DNA of 64,000 nt from contig CAYYSP010000003.1 in assembly GCA_964474535.1 (NCBI GenBank), forward strand, positions 134,999 through 198,998. Reading direction: 5' to 3'. The translations under genes and the position numbers were made by a program. Under the pieces are notes generated by a model that was not told where the DNA came from, ran no database searches, and was given only the letters and a program-made list of their open reading frames with translations. The stretch's first letter is position 1; the number at the start of each line of letters is the position of its first letter. Source of the DNA: an uncultured Gemmatimonadaceae bacterium (GTDB lineage: Bacteria > Gemmatimonadota > Gemmatimonadetes > Gemmatimonadales > Gemmatimonadaceae). Shown here in pieces: positions 19,502-28,026 of the stretch.

Positions 19502-21195
19502 GAACCACTCCTAAGTGCACGAGACACCGCGCTGCGCACTACAATATCCTGGGCATCCGCTCCCTTCCTAAGAGCCGCCACCGCTAATGGGGAGCCAATT
19601 ACTCCTAAAGCGTGAGCGGCGCAAGCGCGAATATCAGATGCTTCACGGTGACCCAACAACCCGCGCCCGTTTAGCATGCTATCGAGAATCGTTACTCCTG
19701 CATCTCCCGACACCGATCCAAACGCCTCAAAGAACGCCATTTTCTCACTAAGATCAGCGTGCTTAAGTGAGCGTTTCTGCAACAAGTTCTTAAGCCGAGG
19801 AAATGCGCCAGCGTATCCATGCGTCGAAACTGCACGAAGTGCCAAAATACGCACGTCTCGGTCGGCATCCTCGATAGCGCGCTCGATGGCCTGAAGCGCA
19901 CCGGGCGACGCTATCGCGTTTAGCGCTGCCAATGTATCAGCACGCAATGAAGAATCGCCAGTTGATAACAGCCTAGTAAGCGGCGCAACGAAGGGCGGTG
20001 AAGGAATTGCTCGCGCAATAAAAACAGCGCCATGCACGACAGATGAATCGTGGTGGTCAAACATACGAGCAAGTTCCGCGGTGTGTCGCGCGCCTAGTCG
20101 GGCAATGGCACCTTCAATCGGAGCCCGCACCGGCGATGACTGCGACGTACCATACCACCCCAACAATGGCACCATTGCAGAAGGACGCAACTCAGCAAAC
20201 AGGTCGTCAAGAAGTGGCGCAAGCAAAGCATGATCGCCCGCATCTACTGCGTGCAGAATTTGCGCGATTACATCCGCAGATGAGAGTCGAGCTGAAAGTG
20301 ATTCTAACGCCACTCGCGCCGCATCATCAATGCGGTCACTAGCGCGCGACAGCGTGACACGAGCCTCGCGCAAAATTGTGGCAGCAATAGGAAACGAACC
20401 CTCTGACAAAGCTTCCGCAATAAGCCTATCTAATACCTCACATGCTTCGCATTGCGCCGCTGCTTCGTCTTGACCTTCCACGATGTCAAAGAGTGCAGCA
20501 ACAACCTGAATTCTTCCGTCAGTCGCATACTCACGACGCAGCTCTTCCTGGAGATGTGAAACTTCTTCAGGATTAAGAAAGTGGAGCGTTGATTCGAACG
20601 ACTCCATATCAAGAAAGGCGGGAGCTGGACCGTCTCCCGGCATATCCGTTTCAACCAACTGTGCAGCAGCTGGTAAAGAACGGTCAAAATCGCCACCATC
20701 TCCATCAGTGGCCACTCCATTCATGCTATCAAAATCTAAAGCGAGCTCGACGTGACGATACTGCAAACATTGAAAGTCGGCTATCCACAATAAAGTTACA
20801 AGATCGTCGTCTTCCGCAGGCGCAGTCTTGCTCCTAAGTAGAATATCGAGAAACGAGTCTAGCTCGTCAGTTTCGAATCCGTCAGTTAGAGTTAAACGCC
20901 GCAAACCGTCGCGGTATAAAAGCCACGGAAGCCCTGCCGCGCCACGTTCCTCATCCTGATATACGACAATGTTGTCAGCGTGAAATGCAGTTTCAGTAAT
21001 TGATACTGAAACAGATGGAACGACCGTCCATAAAGCAGAAAACGCTGCACGCGCGCGTTCTAGATTTGAGGTGCGTGATGGATTGTTCGGTAGATACAAT
21101 TGAAATGCACGAAAGGTACGCGCAAGCGCACCTAGCGCGTCTTCCAGACACTTAACAGCTACTGGCGAAATGGGATCGTCAGTGGTCGTTTGCAT
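19498..21195 (-). CDS. HEAT-repeat (PBS-lyase HEAT-like) protein with an uncharacterised N-terminal domain
   Basis: 565-aa ORF. The C-terminal third has repeated D.D..VR..A..AL..IG units (EDADRDVRILALRAVSTHG, SDIRACAAHALGVIGSP, QDIVVRSAVSRALRS). The ATG overlaps the trpB stop (TAATG). Confidence 0.7.
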   Translation of the reverse strand: MQTTTDDPISPVAVKCLEDALGALARTFRAFQLYLPNNPSRTSNLERARAAFSALWTVVPSVSVSITETAFHADNIVVYQDEERGAAGLPWLLYRDGLRRLTLTDGFETDELDSFLDILLRSKTAPAEDDDLVTLLWIADFQCLQYRHVELALDFDSMNGVATDGDGGDFDRSLPAAAQLVETDMPGDGPAPAFLDMESFESTLHFLNPEEVSHLQEELRREYATDGRIQVVAALFDIVEGQDEAAAQCEACEVLDRLIAEALSEGSFPIAATILREARVTLSRASDRIDDAARVALESLSARLSSADVIAQILHAVDAGDHALLAPLLDDLFAELRPSAMVPLLGWYGTSQSSPVRAPIEGAIARLGARHTAELARMFDHHDSSVVHGAVFIARAIPSPPFVAPLTRLLSTGDSSLRADTLAALNAIASPGALQAIERAIEDADRDVRILALRAVSTHGYAGAFPRLKNLLQKRSLKHADLSEKMAFFEAFGSVSGDAGVTILDSMLNGRGLLGHREASDIRACAAHALGVIGSPLAVAALRKGADAQDIVVRSAVSRALRSGS

Positions 21196-22421
21196 TAGAC
21201 TTCGGGTATCGTGTGCTTACTGATAGTACCCATATCTTTGTCACCGCGACCGCTTACACAGAGCAGCACATCGTCATCCGCACTCCAGCGACCCGGTGAT
21301 TTAGCAATCCATGCGACCGCGTGTGCAGTCTCGAGCGCAGGAATAATTCCCTCGAGCTTGCTTAGTAGTGCAACACCGAACAGTGCCTCATCATCTGTAA
21401 TAGACACGTATGACGCACGCTTGCTGTCCTTAAGCCAAGAGTGCTCTGGGCCTACACCGGGGTAGTCGAGTCCTGCGGAGATCGAGTGAGCAGGATGAAC
21501 TTGACCGTTCTCATCTTGAAGCAGATAGCTTAGGGCACCATGGAGCACGCCAGCTTTGCCACATGTAAGTGAAGCGCTGTGTCGGTCGGTGTCGATACCA
21601 TCGCCAGCCGCTTCAACACCTATAAGCTGAACCGATGGATCATCGGTAAAGGCAGCAAACACACCCATTGCGTTTGAACCTCCACCTACACACGCCACCA
21701 CGGCAGCGGGTAGCTTGTTGTTCTCCTTTAACAGCTGAGCGCGCGCCTCCTTACCAATTACAGACTGGAACTCACGAACCATCGACGGATAAGGGGACGG
21801 CCCAACCACTGAGCCAATTATGTAGTGGCTTGTATTCACCGTAGACACCCAGTCTCGAATTGCCTCGGTGGTAGCGTCCTTTAGCGTTCTAGTACCAGAG
21901 GTAACAGGAACGACAGTAGCGCCAAGTAGCTTCATTCGAAACACATTAAGCTCTTGACGACGCATGTCTTCCTCGCCCATATACACAACGCATTCCAATC
22001 CGAACTTTGCACAAATTGTTGCGGTTGCAACGCCATGTTGACCAGCACCTGTTTCCGCAATAATACGTCGCTTGCCCATTCGCATTGCAAGCAGCGCTTG
22101 GCCAACTGTGTTGTTAATCTTGTGTGCGCCTGTGTGATTCAGATCTTCGCGTTTAAGCCAGACTCGAAATCCTACACGTTCGCTTAAACGTGGAGCAAAT
22201 GTTAAAGGAGTTGAACGACCAACGTAGTTGATAAGCAAAGAATTGAGTTCTGAACGGAACGAAGCGTCATTACACGCTGCGAGAAACGCGTCACTCAGCT
22301 CCTCTAATGCAGGGATTAAAGTCTCGGGAACGTACCTACCGCCAAATGGTCCGAACCGTTCTTCGACAATCGCTCTCCCGCTGTCCTCACCAAACGCTAC
22401 CTTCGCTTCCTCTAACGACAT
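21195..22421 (-). CDS. trpB: Tryptophan synthase beta chain
   Basis: [21 protein letters not shown] (PLP lysine) and GGGSNAMG motifs, 408 aa. Confidence 0.95.
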   Translation of the reverse strand: MSLEEAKVAFGEDSGRAIVEERFGPFGGRYVPETLIPALEELSDAFLAACNDASFRSELNSLLINYVGRSTPLTFAPRLSERVGFRVWLKREDLNHTGAHKINNTVGQALLAMRMGKRRIIAETGAGQHGVATATICAKFGLECVVYMGEEDMRRQELNVFRMKLLGATVVPVTSGTRTLKDATTEAIRDWVSTVNTSHYIIGSVVGPSPYPSMVREFQSVIGKEARAQLLKENNKLPAAVVACVGGGSNAMGVFAAFTDDPSVQLIGVEAAGDGIDTDRHSASLTCGKAGVLHGALSYLLQDENGQVHPAHSISAGLDYPGVGPEHSWLKDSKRASYVSITDDEALFGVALLSKLEGIIPALETAHAVAWIAKSPGRWSADDDVLLCVSGRGDKDMGTISKHTIPEV

Positions 22422-22438
22422 CTGTTATCTGTATCCCG

Positions 22439-23101
22439 TTATCCGTTAACTAGCTGAACTTTATCGATGAAGGAACGGACCTTGGAATGGTCCTTAACCC
22501 CCGGTGACAACTCAACACCGGAAGATACGTCGACGACGTCAGGAGAAAGCACCCTGATAGCCTCAAGGACGTTATCTGCTTGGAGCCCTCCTGCCAGAAC
22601 GATACGAACAGTCGGAACTGTTTCGCGCAGCAGTCGTAATTGTTCAACTACGGCCTTCCAGTCGAAGGTTCTTCCGGTGCCACCCAATTGACCAACGGCG
22701 CCACTATCCAGCAACAACCAGCCTGTAGTGCGGGCCAGATCTAAAGCAGTGGCTGGCACACCGCTGGCACCAACCCGCACAACTGGCCACAGCTCGGCGG
22801 CGGTTAGAGCTGTGATTTGAGTCACCTCATCGATGTCACGTTCTTCATGCAGTTGCAAAACATCGAGCGATAGCTCCTGCTGCATATCTACGATCTCGTC
22901 TACAGACTGCTTTCCAATTACCGCCACCTTCTTAGCGCCGAATACTTCTGCGAGTATCAATTTCGCGTTAGCAACCGAGATATTTCTCGGGCCGCCTGCA
23001 AAGATTACACCTAAGTATTTCGCGCCAGCATCCGCAGCGTAAAGCACGTCATCACGTGTAGTTAGGCCGCAAACTTTTACTGTAACCTTGTCTTTGGTCA
23101 T
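22439..23101 (-). CDS. trpF: Phosphoribosylanthranilate isomerase
   Basis: The internal ATG at 23101 gives MTKDKVTVKVCGLTTRDD... (the usual KICG start). GGTGRTFDW and LAGGL follow. The longer ORF to 23227 overlaps trpC and is not needed. Confidence 0.85.
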   Translation of the reverse strand: MTKDKVTVKVCGLTTRDDVLYAADAGAKYLGVIFAGGPRNISVANAKLILAEVFGAKKVAVIGKQSVDEIVDMQQELSLDVLQLHEERDIDEVTQITALTAAELWPVVRVGASGVPATALDLARTTGWLLLDSGAVGQLGGTGRTFDWKAVVEQLRLLRETVPTVRIVLAGGLQADNVLEAIRVLSPDVVDVSSGVELSPGVKDHSKVRSFIDKVQLVNG

Positions 23102-23153
23102 GCTAAGTGCTCTAAGGAAGAAGCTCCTAACTGAACGCAGCGGTGTGAAGACC

Positions 23154-23942
23154 TCATCGATTGCAGCGCGTAAGGCTTGCGAACTTTTCCAGTTCGCTTC
23201 GCGGATTAGTGGTCGCACTAAGCGCACTTCCGATTAGCAGCGCATCGGCGCCCGCTGCGACTGCTGGCATCGCATCGGCTGTTGTATTCATACCGCTCTC
23301 CGCCACTGCAGCAATGTGACGAGGAATGCTTGCCATTAAACGAGACGCGTTATTTGGGTCGATTTCGAGTGTTTCCAGGTTCCTGTTGTTGACTCCAACA
23401 ATTGTCGCGCCAGTGCTAATTGCCACCGCAAGCTGCGCCTCATCGCGAACTTCGAAGAGTACTTGTAACTGAGCCTTACGCGCTGTTTCGGCGAGTAATC
23501 GTAAACGATTGGGCTCTATTGCTCTAACAATAAGAAGTACTGCGGACGCGCCATGTAGTCGCGCCTCCCATATTTGCACAGGGTGCACAATGAAATCCTT
23601 TCGCAGCACCGGAATTTTCACCGCGCTTGTTACTTGGGCCAAGTCGTGCAGCGAACCTCCAAACCTATCGGGTTCAGTAAGCACGGATATGGCCGCAGCT
23701 CCGCCGTTTTGATAAGCAATTGCCTGAGCGACGGCGTTTAGCATGGGGGCAATCGCTCCCTTAGATGGAGACGATCGCTTCACTTCGGCTATTACGCCGA
23801 CTTTACCACCGTTGTGTTGTGCAGACAACGCTTCAAAAAAGTCGGGAGGGACAGCTGTTAACAATGCAGCTTCCTGAATCTCCACCTCCCTATGTGCAAC
23901 AGACTCTGCCCGAAGATACGAGGCCGCTGTTAATTCGCCCAA
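23154..23942 (-). CDS. trpC: Indole-3-glycerol phosphate synthase
   Basis: IAEVKRSSPSKG, RKDFI and VGVNNRNLETLEID motifs. The ORF is open to 24128, but that would overlap lexA. The in-frame TTG at 23942 (LGELTAASYLRAE...) gives the usual ~262 aa. Exact start uncertain. Confidence 0.85.
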   Translation of the reverse strand: MGELTAASYLRAESVAHREVEIQEAALLTAVPPDFFEALSAQHNGGKVGVIAEVKRSSPSKGAIAPMLNAVAQAIAYQNGGAAAISVLTEPDRFGGSLHDLAQVTSAVKIPVLRKDFIVHPVQIWEARLHGASAVLLIVRAIEPNRLRLLAETARKAQLQVLFEVRDEAQLAVAISTGATIVGVNNRNLETLEIDPNNASRLMASIPRHIAAVAESGMNTTADAMPAVAAGADALLIGSALSATTNPRSELEKFASLTRCNR

Positions 23943-24066
23943 TGTACCAGATGGAGGAAGCCATTCACCCGCCCCCGCCCCTGCCTCACCCCTTCGTTGC
24001 TCTGCTTCTTGCACTTCGGCCTGTCTTCGGTTAGTGTTAGTTCGGTACTTTTTCGGTTGGCGCCGT

Positions 24067-24085
24067 CCGCGCCAATCGCTCTCAC
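24067..24085. promoter_or_regulatory. Perfect palindrome TTGGCGC-N5-GCGCCAA upstream of lexA; candidate operator or hairpin
   Basis: ttggcgccgtccgcgccaa lies 23-41 nt upstream of the lexA ATG, inside the lexA/trpC divergent region. It matches no LexA box consensus that I know, so the function is a guess. Confidence 0.2.
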
Positions 24086-24107
24086 TGCTCGTCAGGGCGG
24101 AGATACT

Positions 24108-24716
24108 ATGCCTCTTACCAAACGACAACGCGAAATCCTTTCCTTCCTTTCGGACTACGCCGGAAACAACGGTTACGCCCCAAGTTTCGAGGAAATCGCG
24201 TCACAGTTCAACTATAACTCGCTGGCAACGGTGCACGAGCACCTTACCAACCTTGAGCGTAAAGGGTATATCCGGCGCACTTTCAATGAGAGCCGCGCCA
24301 TAGAAATTCTCCCCTCCGATGTTATTCAGCGGTCTGTAGAGCTTCCGATATTGGGGCGAGTCGCGGCCGGTGCTCCCATTGAGTCGTACATGTCAGGCGA
24401 GACAATGTCTGTGCCCGACGGTTTCTTAAGGCGAAATGGCAGCCACTATGTTTTGCAGGTAAAGGGAAACTCAATGATTGACGACCAAATACGCGATGGC
24501 GACTACGTCGTGATTAACGACCGAAAAGCAGTTGATAACGGAGAGATGGTGATAGCGCTTGTTGACGATGGCGGCGCTACCGTTAAACGCTACTATAGAG
24601 AGCGCGACGGCCGCATTAGGCTTCAGCCATCCAACGATCTTATGTCACCCATATATGTACACGAAAACGACGTTCACATTCAAGGCATAGTTGTTGGAGT
24701 GCTTCGCCGCTACTAG
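24108..24716 (+). CDS. lexA: LexA repressor (S24 peptidase)
   Basis: The internal ATG at 24108 gives MPLTKRQREILSFL... (winged HTH). The cleavage region VAAGAP and the catalytic VKGNSM ... VKRY follow. 202 aa. Confidence 0.9.
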   Translation: MPLTKRQREILSFLSDYAGNNGYAPSFEEIASQFNYNSLATVHEHLTNLERKGYIRRTFNESRAIEILPSDVIQRSVELPILGRVAAGAPIESYMSGETMSVPDGFLRRNGSHYVLQVKGNSMIDDQIRDGDYVVINDRKAVDNGEMVIALVDDGGATVKRYYRERDGRIRLQPSNDLMSPIYVHENDVHIQGIVVGVLRRY

Positions 24717-24787
24717 CAGTAGGCAACAGTCCAGCATCGTCTGCTTGTCGCGTCCTCAACGCGCCACCCACAGCGTTAGCTGCCGTG

Positions 24788-25843
24788 CTAGCTGCCCAGC
24801 GCACTCTTTAATTTTTGCAGCGCCGCGTAACCCCGACCCTCGTGAAGCGCTCGCTTCGCGATTTCTAACGCGCCTGCGTAATCGTTAGCTGCGTCCGCCA
24901 CAAGAATCGCGGCAGCTGCATTCAATAAAACAGCAGCACGAGCAACGTCTACACCCCTGCCACCGTTATCGCCGCCGCCGCCGCCGCCCTTCAATACATC
25001 CTCTATTATCTGTGCGTTCGCCGCTGGAGTACCGCCAGCCAGCCCACTTATCTCATAATCAGCAAACCCGTAGTCGGCAGGATCTATCATCCAACTCGAC
25101 AGCTGTCCACCTCTTACTTCGACAACCTGAGTTCTGCCGACCGGAGAAATCTCGTCTAGCCCCAATTCACCGTGAACAACCATAGCACGTACCGCTCCAA
25201 GCCTTGCAAGCGCCTCGGCTAACAGCTGAAGCCTAGCCGCTTCGGCAACACCAACCACCTGTCTACCAGCACGCGCCGGGTTTGCTAGCGGACCCACAAT
25301 GTTCATTACAGTTGGTATTGCCAACTCTCTTCTTATCGGGCCCACATGGCGTAGTGCTGGATGCATAAGTGGCGCAAACATAAACACTATACCCGCGCTC
25401 TCAAGCGCCTTCGCCATTTGCTCAACCGATATCTCAATGGGAACGCTCAACGCTTCTAGAACGTCGGCGCTACCAGACTTAGACGTAAACGACCGGTTGC
25501 CATGCTTCGCGATACGCACGCCAGCGCCAGCAGCCAAGAATGCCGCAGCAGTAGAAATATTAAACGTGCCAATAGCACCGCCGCCGGTGCCGCACGTATC
25601 TACCAAATTGTCAGCTTCGGAGGCAGGAAGAACAACCATTACCTCGCGCAACGCTTCAACAACGCCTGCAATTTCTTCTGACGTTTCGCCTTTCACACGA
25701 AGCGCCATTAATAGAGCCGCTACCTGAGCATCGGTGCCCTCACCTCGCATAATCACACGAAAAGCATCGGCGATCGCTTCGCGGCTAAGCGAAGAGCGAG
25801 CAGCTAATGTGCGAACCGCGATCTTTAATGCGCTATCCGACAC
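24788..25843 (-). CDS. trpD: Anthranilate phosphoribosyltransferase
   Basis: ALLMALRVKGET, DTCGTGGG and KHGNRSFTSKSGSADVLEAL motifs, 351 aa. Confidence 0.9.
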   Translation of the reverse strand: MSDSALKIAVRTLAARSSLSREAIADAFRVIMRGEGTDAQVAALLMALRVKGETSEEIAGVVEALREVMVVLPASEADNLVDTCGTGGGAIGTFNISTAAAFLAAGAGVRIAKHGNRSFTSKSGSADVLEALSVPIEISVEQMAKALESAGIVFMFAPLMHPALRHVGPIRRELAIPTVMNIVGPLANPARAGRQVVGVAEAARLQLLAEALARLGAVRAMVVHGELGLDEISPVGRTQVVEVRGGQLSSWMIDPADYGFADYEISGLAGGTPAANAQIIEDVLKGGGGGGDNGGRGVDVARAAVLLNAAAAILVADAANDYAGALEIAKRALHEGRGYAALQKLKSALGS

Positions 25844-27140
25844 GCGGCGTCTCCAACAAACGAGTAGATAGCTGATTGGCTGTCGCGATAAGCGAAATAA
25901 CTAGGCTGAGCAAACGCACTCGTTCTACATCTTCATCCGTAAACACACCGCGCTGAGCACGGTTCGTAAGGTTAACTACGCCAACAAGCTGATCGTGGTG
26001 AAGGAGTGGGAAACTTATGAAACTGCCGGTTGTGAAATACTGATCTCGTAACAAAGGATGTTGTGAAGCATCGCGAACATCCTGCACTAGCAACGGCTGC
26101 TTTGCTGCAGCAACACGCCCTGCGACGCCTTCACCAATTCTTATACGCATCCCCTCGGTGATGTGAGGGGCAACGCCGCGAGCGGCGGCAAGGTACAAAT
26201 GGTCCGGCTCAGGAGCACGCAGCATTAGCGAGCAACGTTGCGCCTGCATGTCATCACCTACGAGCGCTAACAAGCCATCTACCATTGCACGCGCATCAGA
26301 TGTACCCGCGCCCAAAGTCAGAACTCTGTCAACCAAGTACAATGTGCGCGTTCGTTGACGTAACGACTCGCTACGCCTGTGCAACTCAACGTGTGCTTGC
26401 TCCAACTGCCCAATAGCTGCGGTTAGCTGTTGGTCAGAAAGATCGGCGCGACGTATAGCGCGGCGCGCATCCTCAGACGCGCGGGCCGCCTCAGCTTGCA
26501 GCGCTACGGCCTCTGCCGCAACAACTGCATTTACTGACGGCGTAGTTCGCGCTTCACGCAGTTCACGTTCGAGTGCACCCAGCTTCCTAACGTACTCGCC
26601 ATGAACCCGCTGAGTTACATCTTCGAGAGTCCGAACGGCCTCCTCTCGCGCGTCGCGCTCAGCGATTCGTCCAAACGCCAAATCAAAGAGCGCGACCGCA
26701 GGCGCTAGTCGGTCGCTAGTTCGACTACCAAAAATCTTCCGAGGCTCGTATAGCGCCAGCACCGCCGCGAGATACCCTTCGACTCGCAGCCCTCGTACCG
26801 CCAACATACCACCGTCTAGGCTGCTGGAAAAACCAAACAATCGCGCATAGTCTGCCGACCTGTCACTTACGTCAACAAATTGACCGCCCGCTGTAACGCG
26901 CGCACGAATCGCTTCTGGTAAATGGTCGAACGTGGTTTCAATGGTGGTCTTTACAACAGTTCCCTGCACCGGCGCCAATCGGTCGCTAAGCATGTCTCGT
27001 CTGCCGTCATAGCTCAGAAGAGCAATGCCTGCGCCTCTATCGAGCTCGGCGAGACCTTCACCAAGCGCTACGAGAGCGCCTTCAATGTCGGGTGCTACGC
27101 CCAGGGCGTGAGCTAACGAAGCCAGCGATCGAGGAGCCAT
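25833..27140 (-). CDS. GAF - coiled coil - GAF protein with no recognisable output domain
   Basis: The start is taken at the internal ATG 27140 (MAPRSLASLAH). The C-terminal GAF domain is clear (IGEGVAGRVAAAKQPLLVQDV...SFISFPLLHHDQLVGVVNL). The central ~90 aa is Ala/Arg/Glu/Gln-rich and helical. The N-terminal half is GAF-like by eye. The stop overlaps the trpD start by 11 nt. Confidence 0.7.
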   Translation of the reverse strand: MAPRSLASLAHALGVAPDIEGALVALGEGLAELDRGAGIALLSYDGRRDMLSDRLAPVQGTVVKTTIETTFDHLPEAIRARVTAGGQFVDVSDRSADYARLFGFSSSLDGGMLAVRGLRVEGYLAAVLALYEPRKIFGSRTSDRLAPAVALFDLAFGRIAERDAREEAVRTLEDVTQRVHGEYVRKLGALERELREARTTPSVNAVVAAEAVALQAEAARASEDARRAIRRADLSDQQLTAAIGQLEQAHVELHRRSESLRQRTRTLYLVDRVLTLGAGTSDARAMVDGLLALVGDDMQAQRCSLMLRAPEPDHLYLAAARGVAPHITEGMRIRIGEGVAGRVAAAKQPLLVQDVRDASQHPLLRDQYFTTGSFISFPLLHHDQLVGVVNLTNRAQRGVFTDEDVERVRLLSLVISLIATANQLSTRLLETPRVG

Positions 27141-27246
27141 GAATAAAGATAGGGACGGGATACACGAGACATCAAAATAGACGTCGCGCGTAACGCGCAA
27201 TGTGGAAACACTCGCACCTTCATGTCAAACTATTTAGCTTGCGCTA

Positions 27247-28026
27247 GTGAGCGACGTGCACCGGATTCTTCTAGTAACTCAGTATGATGGCGGAAATTTT
27301 TCCGGATGGCAGCGCCAACCCAATGTCCGCACCGTTCAGGGCGAGATTGAGACCGTCTTAGGCAAACTTTGCGGGCAGCCGGTTTCAGCCACAGGTGCCG
27401 GCCGAACCGATGCTGGGGTTCATGCTCGCGGCCAAGGGGTGGGTGTCCAGCTCCCTGTAAAGTGGACGCCAGCGGCAGTTAGAAGGGCCATGAATGCGCT
27501 TCTGCCGCGCGACATTTGGGTACAGAGTGCTCACCAAATGACAGACAATTTTCACCCTCGCAGAAGCGCAACATCGCGCTCATATCGTTATCTTTTAGGG
27601 ATAGACGAAGAGGCGTGGTCCCCATTTCGTCGCCGCTATGAGTGGGCGATTAGACGCACACTGAGCGTGGCCCTACTGCACGAAGAGGCTAGCGTGCTAA
27701 TAGGTGATCATTCGTTTAGAGCATTTGCGGTAGCCAATACGGCGCCTGCGGACGACCACCACCGCTGCATTATCAAGCACGCAGCGTGGGTCGAGCGCGA
27801 CGGAGGTTGGGTCTTTGAAGTTGAGGCGAACAGGTTTCTCCATCATATGGTTCGGTTCCTGGTAGGCACGATGATAGAGGTAGCTTCCGGTGCTCGACCA
27901 CCGGGAACTGTCGCACGTTTACTATTGCGACACGACAACAGCGAAACCTCCGCGCCCGCGCCCGCTCATGGACTGTCGCTTCACTCGGTCCAGTACCCAC
28001 CCGAGCTTTACTGTCCCGCTTCATGA
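27247..28026 (+). CDS. truA: tRNA pseudouridine(38-40) synthase TruA
   Basis: YDGGNFSGWQRQ, GAGRTDAGVHARGQ (catalytic Asp) and FLHHMVR motifs. GTG start. Confidence 0.9.
   Translation: MSDVHRILLVTQYDGGNFSGWQRQPNVRTVQGEIETVLGKLCGQPVSATGAGRTDAGVHARGQGVGVQLPVKWTPAAVRRAMNALLPRDIWVQSAHQMTDNFHPRRSATSRSYRYLLGIDEEAWSPFRRRYEWAIRRTLSVALLHEEASVLIGDHSFRAFAVANTAPADDHHRCIIKHAAWVERDGGWVFEVEANRFLHHMVRFLVGTMIEVASGARPPGTVARLLLRHDNSETSAPAPAHGLSLHSVQYPPELYCPAS

Noticed and set aside
23943-24128. Long N-terminal extensions of trpC (to 24128) and lexA (from 23997) that overlap each other
   Set aside because: The extensions are low-complexity, mutually overlapping on opposite strands, and not needed for full-length TrpC or LexA. 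Internal starts (TTG 23942, ATG 24108) give canonical lengths.
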